From: a virus
Taxonomy: Duplodnaviria > Heunggongvirae > Uroviricota > Caudoviricetes
Direction: 5' to 3' (one strand)
Length of the DNA stretch: 64,000 bases
Virus record (IMG/VR): IMGVR_UViG_3300021400_000028
Coordinates: 106,250 to 170,249 of that record
A program made the position numbers and the translations under genes. The notes below the pieces were generated by a model, which made no database searches, was not told where the DNA came from, and saw nothing but the letters and a program-made list of their open reading frames with translations. Shown in pieces: positions 21,136 through 32,651 of the stretch. Position 1 is the first letter of the stretch. The number at the start of each line of letters is the position of its first letter.

Positions 21136-21696
21136 TTAAAAGGGAAGATCATCATAAGTATCTTCATCCTCTTTAAGCATTTCTGCCATATCATCTTCTA
21201 CTTTACTCTGATCCATAGCTTCAAAAGAAGCCTCTTCTTCTTTAATACTTTCAGAGTCTGCATCATCTTCTACTTTTACTGGAATTAGTTTAAAAACACC
21301 GTCTTTAACTTCACCAGTCTTATCTATAAATTCTTCAAAATTAAACATAGAACCAAACTTTAATAGTGTAGTTCTCTGTTGCCCACGAAAAGAAATGGTT
21401 TTACTTTTTGTAAGTTTTGTTCCATCTGCTCCATCAGTAAATATTTCAGATTTACTTATAATAGGATATGTTTCAGTTGGACTTTCATTTCAATAATTAA
21501 CTGCGATTCTATCTCCAGCAACTGCATTAAGCTTTGTTATTGCATCATCTGTTAATTGCAGTTTATTATCACAAACTTCCAAAGCATATGTTCCAGATAC
21601 TGTATTTTTTACAGTATTCTTCTTTTCCGTGCTAGTAACTTTAAGGTTACTTACTTTTTGAGTCTGTTCATCAAAATCAAACGAAATACTAAGCAT
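21136..21696 (-). CDS. second protein ending in an SSB-like acidic tail ...DTYDDLPF (1 in-frame TGA at 21490)
   Basis: Track ORFs 21490..21696 and 21136..21348 are in the same frame, split by TGA; highly acidic C-terminal half. Confidence 0.4.
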
Positions 21697-22366
21697 CGTA
21701 TTCTGCTATTTTATCAATAACAAATTGCAAATCATTAGGAATATAATCGTCATCAAAACATCCCATTGGACTCTTTGCTGTAGTAGTACCATCTGAATGT
21801 GTTTGAAACATATATTTAGGTTTGTCTTCCTCATCTCTCTGAATTTCAGTAAAGAATACATAGGTAAATAAACCCTCTACGGTAATAGAATTATCGATCA
21901 TTTTCCCCAACGTTTTAATCTTGAGCTGAGGTTCATCAGGAGTCCCAATATTTTCACTATGACAAGTCATGATGACGTTTAAATCATCTCTCATCATAAT
22001 TCCAGCTTTTAAAACACTATAAAATTTCTGAGCAATATCACTAAACTTCTGAAAACCTTTCTCCTGAGCGCGGTCCATATATTCAAATCCCATTAAATAT
22101 TGTGCGTCTTCCACAACAACATTTTTAATTTCAGGACGTTTAGTGTTTACATAATTTAATATAGAGGAAATGGTAGATACATTACTTGTATTAATATAAT
22201 TACCACTGGGATTTTCTTTATTTCATACAATATACTTACTACGTCATCCTTTAAAAGGAAGTGGTTTTGAAGCAACATTAATAATAAAAGTTTCGCTAGG
22301 ATTAAGAGTACGAATACTAGAACTCTTTCCGGTTCCACTCGCACCCACAATAGCTATAAGATTTGC
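21689..22366 (-). CDS. Sak4-like RecA-family ATPase (2 in-frame TGA)
   Basis: Hand translation upstream of track ORF 21689..22114 gives MANLIAIVGASGTGKSS (Walker A); sits between the SSB-like genes and the helicase. Confidence 0.55.
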
Positions 22367-22368
22367 CA

Positions 22369-23481
22369 TTAAAAACTAAATGTTAAAGGTTGTTTAGTTT
22401 CTACAGTGTCTTCTGTAGTAACCTCATCTTCTTGTAACGCAGTAGTTAAACTGAGATACTTTTTAAAGTCTTTAATTTCATTAACTTTAGGAAATTGATT
22501 CCAATAACCGATTTCTCCAAAGAAATTTACAGGTACAGCTTTTTCTGATTCGCCCTGTCTATTTTTTATCAATTGTAAACTTCTATATCTTCCACGAAGA
22601 CCATCAAAGTCAGAAGAACCATTATCTACAATTATAGGAAACTCTTTATGTGTTTTTAATTTAAATTTAAGAGGATAATAAATGCCAATGCATACTTCTG
22701 AATCTTGAAATGGAGCGCTTGTATCAGAAATATCTTCGGATGAACATTCTGTTAACTCAGCTTTACGTCTATCCATGCTTGATGAATTTCGATTCTCCTG
22801 CATAAGCATTACAAAAGATATATTACACTGATTCCTAAGAGTAACTGCATATTTTGATACTAAATCAATTTCCTCTTTCTTAGAACGACCTTCTATTGGA
22901 GTAGTTAAATTTAAATGATCAACTACAACAATTATTATTTGTTCTGGATCGTTTTTTGTATAAAGTGTTCTTCTTCCATCAACAGATGGATGAAATTTTC
23001 CATTTTCTTCTAAAAGGCCTTTAACTTTTGAATAGAAAAACTTTGATGTTAATGCGGAATCATATATTATCAATTTTGAATCAATAGATTCTAATCATTT
23101 TCTACCACTAATTACATATTGATAATCTTCATCATCAAGTATGTTACTTCAAGACATTAATCTTGTAAATGGTATAATTTTTCCATATTCTTCAAAAATA
23201 TAGAGACATAAAAGTTTTGCAAGTAATAATTCCGTTGATAATTCTAGACTAAAATAACATAGTTTGATGTTTTTATCAGGATAATCCTTTAATGGGCGAT
23301 ATATATAAGAATAAAGAGCATATGCGCTTTTTCCGCTTCCAGAAACACCAAATATAAGCGTATAAACTGGTTGAATGCCTCCAGTATAATTATCCATTTT
23401 AGGAATACCTGTTTTTAAACCAATGTTTTTACCTTTTCTACCGCGATCTATTTTTTCGTAAAGTAAATCAACGTTAGTCAT
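22369..23481 (-). CDS. DnaB-family replicative helicase (helicase domain only; in-frame TGA)
   Basis: Track ORFs 23149..23481 (Walker A GVSGSGKSA) and 22369..23073 (VVVDHLNLTT, RecA-like C-terminus) are in the same frame. Confidence 0.7.
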
Positions 23482-24070
23482 CAGTTAATATTTCTACAGC
23501 TATGTTGGATTCTAATCCGTTATCCTTAATATACTCTAATTCCTGTCATTTATGTGATACAACAAATTCAACTATACCATAATTAATTTGATTATGTTCT
23601 TTACCTCATGCAAGAAGATCCATTACTTTTTTGTGTGTTTCTGGATTGTGTTTTATTGCAGAAGAATATGCAAAGAAAAATTCATCTAAAGTATCATATT
23701 TCTTAGCAATATTCTTTAACGGATAAAGCTTTGATCCATTTGTCATAAATGGAGGATAAGCATCAAACAATTCTTGGCCCATTTTACCTGAATTTTTTAA
23801 TCAAGACTTTAAGAAATTTTTATTAAATTCAATGTTATTTGGGTCATATGTTGAAGGATTATAATCTTTGTGAATCAGTCCCTTATTTTTAAGTGATTCA
23901 AATAAATTACGTAATTGTGTACTACCGCCGTTTGAAAACCATTTTGAGAAGAATTCTGGATGTCCTTCCTCATCACGAGCCAAAAACGTTAAATATACAA
24001 GTAATAATTCATTTGCATCAATGTTATAAGTAATTAATAAATTTAATATTGTATTTATATCCAATTTCAA
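23478..24070 (-). CDS. hypothetical replication-module protein (1 in-frame TGA at 23801)
   Basis: Track ORF 23801..24070 continues through TGA to a TAA that overlaps the helicase ATG. Confidence 0.4.
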
Positions 24071-24337
24071 AGGTGTTTAAAGTTCTTCTCAAACACCGTT
24101 TATTTATATCTCCTTTACAGGATATTTAATCGGAATATAGTTCCATCTGAATAGGTGTACAGTCGATTGCTACACGTAATAAATCTTGAAGACGTTTTGA
24201 ATCAACATAACTATGAATAAAATCACAAATTATGGCTACACTGTTTTCAACATCATTTGCCAGTAAATCGACAACCTTTTTATTAGACAAATTGTTCCAA
24301 ATATATTCAATTTGTCCATCTGTCAAACGAATACTCA

Positions 24338-25522
24338 TTAAAATCTAAATTTTGTATTTATGATATTTTCTCTTTCTCTTGTTTCAATAGTTTCTCCATT
24401 TAATACCTTTTCAAGTTGCTCTTCGTTAATCGTAATAACTTTAGAAGTATTAGAATTTTGAAACCATTGATATTCTTGAGTTCCACGTAGAATTAAAGTA
24501 AAAATTTCTGCAATTTTACCTTCTTCAAAACGTATTGCTCTGCCAACTGTTTGAACCTTTTTAATTTTGGAAGAATCTGTATTTAATATAACTTCTAGAT
24601 TAACTCCGTGTAAATCCAATCCAGTATTACATGCTTTAGACGAATGTAATACACCAGATTCTGCATTATTAAAAGCCTCAATTATTTCAGCATTCTCTTT
24701 TTGTTTTTGTTTAGAATGAACGACATAACCAAATCCAAAAGATTCTGCCTGTTTAATTGTTGCAGAAAAGGTCATTGCTTTGCTATTTGGTCTTGCTTCA
24801 AGTATTTTCTTTGCAATTTCAAGTTTTTTTGGATGATTTTGAATAAACATTTTTCTGTCACGCATTGCCTTGTTTCATTTTTGTGCAACGCCCATAGTTG
24901 TTTTAGAATCCATCCCATGCTTTTTGGCATAAATGTTACAAAACTTTTTATCAGTTGCACAAGACATTGCATCACTAAAAACAAATCCAAAATAAGCAAA
25001 ACATTGATTAAATATTCTTGTTTTTTCAAGATATTCTGTTAAATCAACATCCAATAATACACAATACTCTCTATGTGGAGCAACTCATCCATTTTGTTCA
25101 GCTTCTATTATTGTGATTTCATCACATACTGGAGCAAATTTCTGAATATATGTTTCTTTACCATCCAAACGTTCGAATGTTCCAGTCAATCCAAGAATAT
25201 TGTTGTAATTAACGCATTCAAACACTTTACGGAAAGTGTCGGATGGAGTTAGGTGTATTTCATCGATTATAAGCAAATCACATGTTCAGTTTAGTTTTAC
25301 AACAGAATTGATTACTTCTACACGAGCGTTTTGTAATAATTGACGTTCTTCTAATTGATCGATTCATTGATCCTTTAGAATTTTAGTTGGAACCACAATT
25401 AATATACTTGCTTCTTCATTTCGTCTAACAAAAGCATCAGTTAAATTAAGTCCTACACGAGTTTTACCTACCCGAATCCGGTACAAGCTACAATAGTTGC
25501 TGCTCCACCGGATTCTAATCAT
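24338..25522 (-). CDS. SF2 DEAH-type helicase (several in-frame TGA)
   Basis: Motif I RVGKT, Ia ILIVVPTKILKDQW, II IIDEIH, III LGLTGT, V SSKACNTGLD, VI QTVGRAIR across same-frame track fragments 24338..24865 and 25085..25276. Confidence 0.7.
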
Positions 25523-25556
25523 CGCTTTAAGCAAAGTTTTTGTCTTTCATCACGTG

Positions 25557-27458
25557 TTACCATAGTGATAATTGCTTTTTATCCATTTTTTCAATTATTT
25601 TATATGCTTCTTGAACATAATATTGATAATTGATACATCTTTTATTGATAGGAATCTCATCAAATTTGTTATAAATTGTAACTGGGGATGCTGCACATAA
25701 AGCAACAGGACTACCTATTTTTTCTCCATTTATAACTTTTTGTTTAACCAGCATTTTACCGTTTGTAGACATATAATATCTGTTTATATGTGCTACTTTT
25801 TCTCCACCATAAAAAACCGTAAATTCTTTTGCTACTTTTTGAAAAGTACAAAACTTTTTAATATCGTTACAAGAACGAATAGTATCTTCTGGACTAATAC
25901 CTTCTACAAAGTATTTATTAAGAGCTTCTGGTATAATTAATGGAGCCAAACCCTTTCCTAAAATTGGTTCTTGAATAAACAATCCTTTTGTTTTAATAAG
26001 TTTTGGATCATGTGACTCACTTCAACCTTTCTTTACTCCTATATAATCATTAACTGCATACTGATAAAATCTTTCAAACGTATCCTCTTCCAATCCAATC
26101 TTAGTAACACCTTCTCACCATTTACAAATGTCTAAAAGTTTTTGATAATCTTTGTTATCATGTAAAACAAATATGCCATCTGTATTAGTATTAATAATTC
26201 TAGCGCCAGCTTCAACAAATGCTTCAGCTAACATAAGAATTATTAATTGGCCATTAATTCTTAATGTAAGAACGGATTCTGGAGAATATACTCAAGAATA
26301 TGGAGATTGAAGATTTCCAGTTAAACCATTTAATGCAAGTTTTAGAGTTTCATTTTTAACTTTATCGCCATTCTTTTTAGCGATAACTCTTTCCTCTCTA
26401 ATACTGCGATACACATCAAGAAACTCTGGACCTAAATGTTTTGGATATAAACCTCACTCAATAATGATACTAGGATACATACTTGTAACATCTCAATCTC
26501 TTAAAGATTGATCTGGTCCAGGTTCAAAGATTTCAGGAGAATTAACTGAATGCATTCCTCCAAGAGAAAAGTTATGTTCAACACCACCAAGTTCAAAAGA
26601 AATATGAAACTTATTTTCTTTCTTTTTCTTTGCTTCTTTCTCGAGATCTATAGTAGTGTTCTTAACTTGCTCGAAGAAATCTTGCATCTTTTTGGTTTTG
26701 AATTGAATACAAGGGAAAATAATATCTTTAAATGATATTACATTGCAAGGACTTCGTAAATCTTTAATCTGAAATCATTGTAATCCTGTTGCTTCAAGAT
26801 ACTTCTTTTTCAGAATTTCCATTCCAAGATTTACACCATCTTTATTTAATGCCGATATGTGATATTCATCTTCAATAGCCAATCTAAGTTCTATGTCTTT
26901 TTTAGATCTATTTAGAAGCTCTTCGGTTGAATCAATATCATTATTATTATAATTTTTTACATTTGGAATTTCATCCTTTGGTAAAGTTGAATCGAAATCA
27001 CCATCGTATTCTTCTACATTTGAATATTCCATTGTTACTTGAAGCGCTTTTAAACTAGGACGAAGCTTTTGAGACCATCGCATTGCTAATAAATCTAAAT
27101 CATCATATAAATTTGCATATTTATATTGACTTCAAGAAGCGGATGTTTCAGATGTAATGATTTTATCACTAAATCGTTTAAGTTCAGATGTAATTTCTCA
27201 ATAAGGTAATAGAATTAATCGCTTATAATTAATAATAATGTAAGAGATTAATACTTTATCATAATGGATTGTATTATATCCGCAAAAAAATATACGTTTA
27301 TTAAGAAACAACTTAACTATTTCTGGCATATCGTTTCTTATCTCGGATATTTGATAAAACCTTCTATTACCAGATTCAGTATTTTTTACAGCAATACTAA
27401 AGAAATTTGGAAAAGATTCAACATCATAAACAAATACAGGTTTATTTCTTATCAGCAT
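25557..27458 (-). CDS. family B DNA polymerase with N-terminal 3'-5' exonuclease domain (>=6 in-frame TGA; 1-2 apparent frameshifts)
   Basis: Exo I VYDVESF and Exo II GYNTIHYD in 27198..27458. PolB motif A DVTSMYPSII, motif B-like KLALNGLTGNL and motif C-like NTNTDGIFV found by hand translation between 26100 and 26500. Track pieces 27198.., 26775.., 26493.. and 25557.. share a frame, but continuity near 26280 needs a +1 shift at a GGG run. Confidence 0.55.
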
Positions 27459-28290
27459 ACTTATTTACAAGATTCCAACCCTTATATTGTGCGACTCGTT
27501 CAATCTTATGCTGCAAATCTGTCCATTTCTTAATATGATACTCAAGATCATTATCCAACATAAGAAGAATCTTGTCACGCAATAATTTAAGAGTGCTAGA
27601 AGGAACTGTAGATACTTTTGCTCTAGATTCAAGATTTAAAAGATTACGCAATTCATCGTAGGATAGTCCAGAAGGTGTAATTCTAAAAAATCCACTATCA
27701 ATAAACAACCTTTCTTTCATCACTTGCAACCAAGGTCTAAGCTTACCACGAGCGTCAAATTCAGTTAAATCCTTTTTATCTGTATCAGTAAGCCAAACTC
27801 CGAGAGACATAATAAATTCATTAGAAATAAGTCGTCGATTAATCGGTTCAAGAGCATCAAGACAGGCCTTTACAAGATCACCAATAGTAAGATTTTCATA
27901 ATCTTTTGGAAGATTGTTAAACATAAGAGTAATAGAATCCTCATTTGTTACTTGATTATGCTCTTTAAACTTATTAATGTAGTCAAGGATGTCTCGATTT
28001 GTTCTAAAAACATCAATAGCTAAATCATGCTGGATATATCTATGTAACAATTCAGCATTACAAGCTGTATAAATTTTATTAATGTTTTTACGAACTTCAT
28101 ATTTACCAAATTTATAATTGGTTGTACGATAAAGCATGTCTAATGAATGCGTATAAGCTTTTTGAAGTTCATCGACACTCATATCAATTAATCGAACTTC
28201 GTTATTGTTCTTATTGATCCAAACTCATGAATTAATATCATTGTTTCTCTTCTCAATTGCTTGAGACAGCTTTTCTCCTAAATCACTCAT
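27442..28290 (-). CDS. hypothetical protein (1 in-frame TGA)
   Basis: Track ORF 27442..28182 extends upstream through TGA to an ATG at ~28290. Confidence 0.4.
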
Positions 28291-28571
28291 ATCTTTAAAA
28301 TTTATAATTTGTTGTTTTAACAATTTCTTTATCTTTTATAAAATTTAAAAGGTAACAACTTGTATATCTATACAATTCTTTGTTACCAGTTGTTCTTTGA
28401 AAATATTCGTCACCAGCATCAACATATTCACATTCTATAAAACCAGTATCTCCAATTTCTGGTTCGTCAATTTTTCAATTTGGAAGAATTGTAGTTGTAA
28501 TATATCTCATTAAACTATTATTGGGTTCATCCAAATTTTGAAAAACCAATAGTTTGTAAAAATCTTCTTGC

Positions 28572-29084
28572 TTAGCGACTAGTTTCGCATGTATTGTTAC
28601 TTTCATTTTCAATTAAATCCAATGGATTCTGTTCATTTTTAACAGCCTCCATTGCTCTACATGCAATATGATCAATTTCATTAATCTTTGGAAGAATATA
28701 TGCAAGTGTCTTCATATCAGAAATAGAAAATGCAGTTTCTGCAATTTTATTTAATTTATCTGCATATTTATCTTCAAGTTCTGCAAGTTTTTCAAATATT
28801 TCTTGTGGAGATTCAAACTCAATATTTAATGCCGGAATTGTAAATTCAGGAATATTTTCAAAAGAATTCATTAAATAAGATACTAAACATGCTTTTGATT
28901 TTTCACAGCATTTGTACATCTTTTTAAAGAACTTTTTGTAATTCATCATTCCATGCATATAAAAATAAAACTTAGCAGAACTAATGAAACTCAATTTATT
29001 TATTTCAAACTGAATCAGATCAATGAATAAATCATATAAATCTTTATTCATTCCTTCCTTTTTTACTTCTTCTTTTAGTTTCAT
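28572..29084 (-). CDS. hypothetical protein
   Basis: 170-aa ORF. Confidence 0.4.
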   Translation of the reverse strand: MKLKEEVKKEGMNKDLYDLFIDLIQFEINKLSFISSAKFYFYMHGMMNYKKFFKKMYKCCEKSKACLVSYLMNSFENIPEFTIPALNIEFESPQEIFEKLAELEDKYADKLNKIAETAFSISDMKTLAYILPKINEIDHIACRAMEAVKNEQNPLDLIENESNNTCETSR

Positions 29085-29460
29085 TTGCTTCAGTTATTGA
29101 TATATCGTATAGAACACCATCCTTATAATAAGAATGTAATTCTTCATCTGATTCCACAATGTTACTATCTATTAAATGATAATATTTTAAGCCCTTACTA
29201 TCATCTCATCCGAATTGTTCTATTAAATATCACATTCTTCAATTTTATAATAATTTTTGTGGAAGTTAGTATTAAATTGTGTTTCAAATAAATCCATTAA
29301 TAATGTTGATACTTCAAACTCTCTATCCCCAATGTAAATTCTAACAGGAAATACAGAATCTGTGTTAAGCCACTTCCAAATATCATCGTCATTAAATTGA
29401 ATACAATTAGAATCAACCCAACTATGTACTTCAGATAACAAGAAATGTAACTCTCCAGTA

Positions 29461-30033
29461 TTAGATTTGTCCAAGAGAGTAAGTAATTTTTCCATTTTCC
29501 TGTCTAACATTAAATCCATCGGATCGTCGTGTTTCAGATTCGGGTACCAATGATTCCCCAATCTCTTTACTGTTATCAGTATATTCATCTTTTGGTAAAT
29601 TTAAACAATTTGCTGCAAACTGACACAATTCATCAACTTTATTATTCATGTCATTATTTGCATGTCCTTTGGTTCATAACATGGTGACTTTATGAAATTG
29701 AAGATAATCTAATAGTTCAAATCAAAGATCTAAATTCTTTTTACTATAGTCTTTATCTTCAAATCATTTTTGAACTCAACCTTCATTAATAGAATTAACT
29801 ACATATTGTGAATCAGAAGTAATTTCAAGTTCCGCTGGTTCTTTAAAATAACGCAATGTTTCTAATATAGCTCGTAATTCCATACGATTATTTGTTGTAT
29901 TAGTAAATCCGCCACATAGTTCTTGAATTATGTTTTCAGATTCATCACAGATTATACTTCCCCAACCCCCTTTTGAAGAAATTCCAACATGTCCTTTAAG
30001 ACTACCATCTGTTCAACATTTATACTTCTTCAT
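29461..30033 (-). CDS. rnhA: ribonuclease HI (6 in-frame TGA, all at conserved Trp positions)
   Basis: Hand translation MKKYKCWTDGS...TNNRMELRA...TDSQYVVNSINEGWVQKWFED...LDLWFELL...HKVTMLWTKGH...NNDMN aligns with E. coli RnhA, including TQWIHNW, DLW and WEWVKGH. Confidence 0.85.
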
Positions 30034-30212
30034 TTGATTCAGTCGTTTCTTTTTCCGGAATTTCTTCTATCTTCTGAAAATCAACATATGTTCCAAGATT
30101 TTCACTATGAATTTGTCCAAAATATTCAACATTGTGTTTTTTAATGAGTTCCTGCATGTCTTGCAGGAACTCATCTGGATTTTCTAATTCAAAACGTCCA
30201 TTAAATGTTAAA

Positions 30213-30560
30213 CTAAACATGTTTTTCAATTATATCGTTTGCATAACGTTCAGAAACTTCACGAATTTTCTTTCTATTTGTTACACGAACTGTAATTTCA
30301 GGTCTTTGTGTTGCACGAGTATATGCGAGCTGACGTCCAATACTCTTTACAAAAATATCTTTTGTAGAACATACTGCAGAACCAAACCTCAAAGTATTTG
30401 TATCTGGATCATAGATAGAAGCCACAGTAACTCTAATTACTCTCTTTGGAGAACTTGTAGACTTCTCATTAATCCACAATATATTACCTTCAGAATCAGT
30501 AAACATCTGTACATTTTGAGCATATACAGGTTTTGAATAATAATATTTAACCTTTTCCAT
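30213..30560 (-). CDS. hypothetical protein
   Basis: 115-aa ORF. Confidence 0.4.
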   Translation of the reverse strand: MEKVKYYYSKPVYAQNVQMFTDSEGNILWINEKSTSSPKRVIRVTVASIYDPDTNTLRFGSAVCSTKDIFVKSIGRQLAYTRATQRPEITVRVTNRKKIREVSERYANDIIEKHV

Positions 30561-30562
30561 AA

Positions 30563-30814
30563 TTATTCTAATTCAAAAATACCACCGTGTGAAATTGATT
30601 TAATTACTTTATTTTCGATTTTACTGCCAACTCTCATAAAAGGACCTCCGTCTGGATCAAATGCAGTAATATTGTTCATTCCATGTTCGTCACCAATTAA
30701 ACGATAATAACCTGCGGATTTTGGATCTGATTCAAATTGCCATAAATTATCTTTAATATGTTTTAATTGATGAACATATCCATATCTGGCAGGTAGTTTA
30801 ATAATTTCTTCCAT
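30563..30814 (-). CDS. hypothetical protein (possible co-chaperonin; speculative)
   Basis: 83-aa ORF immediately downstream of the GroEL-like gene; no clear GroES motifs. Confidence 0.25.
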   Translation of the reverse strand: MEEIIKLPARYGYVHQLKHIKDNLWQFESDPKSAGYYRLIGDEHGMNNITAFDPDGGPFMRVGSKIENKVIKSISHGGIFELE

Positions 30815-32394
30815 TAAAATACTAATTCTTCGTTAATTACTAATGTATTTGCAGATAGATATAGATTTAGAACAGAAAATGCATTTTCGAATGCTAATCT
30901 ATCAGATTTAGCTGGATTTATAATTCCAGATTTCAAGACATCTACCCACTCCATTTTATTAGCGTCAAAGCCATAATTAACAGGAAGATCTTGCAATATC
31001 GATTGAAGATCTAAACCACAATTAGAAATAATCTTGTCTTGTATGCAAAACATACAATCAAGAATGATACGTTGGGCATCTGTAAAATTTGTTTTATTTT
31101 TAACAATACTATCTGCAGCAATTATGAACGAAACACCACCTCCTGGAACAATTCCTTCTTCGATTGCTGCTTTGGTTGCACAAACTGCATCATCAATTCT
31201 ATCCTTGCGTTCCTTCATTTCAAGTTCAGTAGTTCCACCAACATGAATAACAGCAACACCACCAGAAAGTCTTGCAATTCGTAAATTATTAAATTCACGA
31301 AGAAATTCAGAATCTAATGTATCAGAAGGATTATCTAATTCAGATTTTATTTGCTGACAACGAGCATCAATAAGTTCTTTAGAACCAGAGCCATTAATCA
31401 ATGTCGTATTATCACGAGTAATTACTACTTTTTCACAAGAACCAAGTATTGTTTCATCACATTTTTGTAGATTCACACCAGATTCGTAAGTAATTACTTT
31501 TCCTCCAGTTAGAATTGCTAAATCTTCAAGAAGTTTATTTCGATATTCACCATAAGAAGGTGCTTTTATTGCACATACTTGAAGAATTCCACGAGTCTTA
31601 TTAATCTTTAAATTCTGAATAACCTCGTTATCATAATCTTGAGCAATAATAAGAATTGGACGATTCTTTTGATTAACAATTTCGAGAAGAGGTACCAACT
31701 CCTTCATTAACTGAATTTTTCTATCAGTTATAAGGATATATGGCTTTTCTAATACACAATTACCTTTAATTGTATCTGTTGCAAAATAAGGTGACTCATA
31801 ACCTCTATCAAACTGCATTCCATTAATAACATCAATATAAGTTTGAATACTTGATGATTCCTCAACAGTAATTACGCCGTCTCTCCCAATTTTCTGGAAA
31901 GCTTCTGCAATAAGTTTCCCGATTTCTTCATCATTGTTTGCAGAAATAGTAGCCACTTTACTAATATCTTCGTCAATAACTGGTATAGCTTGATCTTTAA
32001 GAGCTTTAATAATATCTTCATAAATCTCTTTTATTTCATTTTTGATTTGAATTGGGTTCTTTCCATTCTTGATAAGCTTGTTAATCTCTGAGATCATCTT
32101 AAAAGCCAATACACAAGAAGTTGTTGTACCATCACCGACGCTTTCCACAGTTTTAGTACTTGCTTCACGTAATAGTTGTACTCCAATGTTTTGAAATTTG
32201 TCTTTTAATTGGATATTTCGTGCAACAGTTACACCATCTTTAGTTACAAGCGGCTTACCATCTTGATAATCATCAATGACAACACATTTTCCTTTTGGAC
32301 CTAATGTTGATCCAACTGCTTCTGCAAGGATTTCCATGCCTTTGAGCATAGAATCCCTTGCATCAGCATTAAATTTGATTAGTTTATTATTCAT
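30814..32394 (-). CDS. groEL: GroEL-family chaperonin (Hsp60)
   Basis: 526 aa; GroEL-like N-terminus AVGSTLGPKGKCVVIDD; uninterrupted (no TGA). Confidence 0.85.
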   Translation of the reverse strand: MNNKLIKFNADARDSMLKGMEILAEAVGSTLGPKGKCVVIDDYQDGKPLVTKDGVTVARNIQLKDKFQNIGVQLLREASTKTVESVGDGTTTSCVLAFKMISEINKLIKNGKNPIQIKNEIKEIYEDIIKALKDQAIPVIDEDISKVATISANNDEEIGKLIAEAFQKIGRDGVITVEESSSIQTYIDVINGMQFDRGYESPYFATDTIKGNCVLEKPYILITDRKIQLMKELVPLLEIVNQKNRPILIIAQDYDNEVIQNLKINKTRGILQVCAIKAPSYGEYRNKLLEDLAILTGGKVITYESGVNLQKCDETILGSCEKVVITRDNTTLINGSGSKELIDARCQQIKSELDNPSDTLDSEFLREFNNLRIARLSGGVAVIHVGGTTELEMKERKDRIDDAVCATKAAIEEGIVPGGGVSFIIAADSIVKNKTNFTDAQRIILDCMFCIQDKIISNCGLDLQSILQDLPVNYGFDANKMEWVDVLKSGIINPAKSDRLAFENAFSVLNLYLSANTLVINEELVF

Positions 32395-32650
32395 AATAAC
32401 CTAAGAATGTACGATTAAACCAATTGTTCTTAACTGTTATTAGTTCGTCGACTTCTAATTCATCATATTTATCAATAAACGTAAATGCCACAAAAGCAAG
32501 TACCAAATAATTTGTAATCGGAATTGTACAAAGAATAATATATAGAACAGTAATCATATGAGGAAAATGCTTCCTCTTTGTGCAAGTAAGGAACCAAATT
32601 AAGAACAAATAAGCTAGTACGTATCCTAATATTATAATAAATCGTCCCAT
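32387..32650 (-). CDS. small membrane protein (2 predicted TM helices)
   Basis: Hydrophobic 87-aa ORF. Confidence 0.4.
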   Translation of the reverse strand: MGRFIIILGYVLAYLFLIWFLTCTKRKHFPHMITVLYIILCTIPITNYLVLAFVAFTFIDKYDELEVDELITVKNNWFNRTFLGYYE

Positions 32651-32651
32651 A

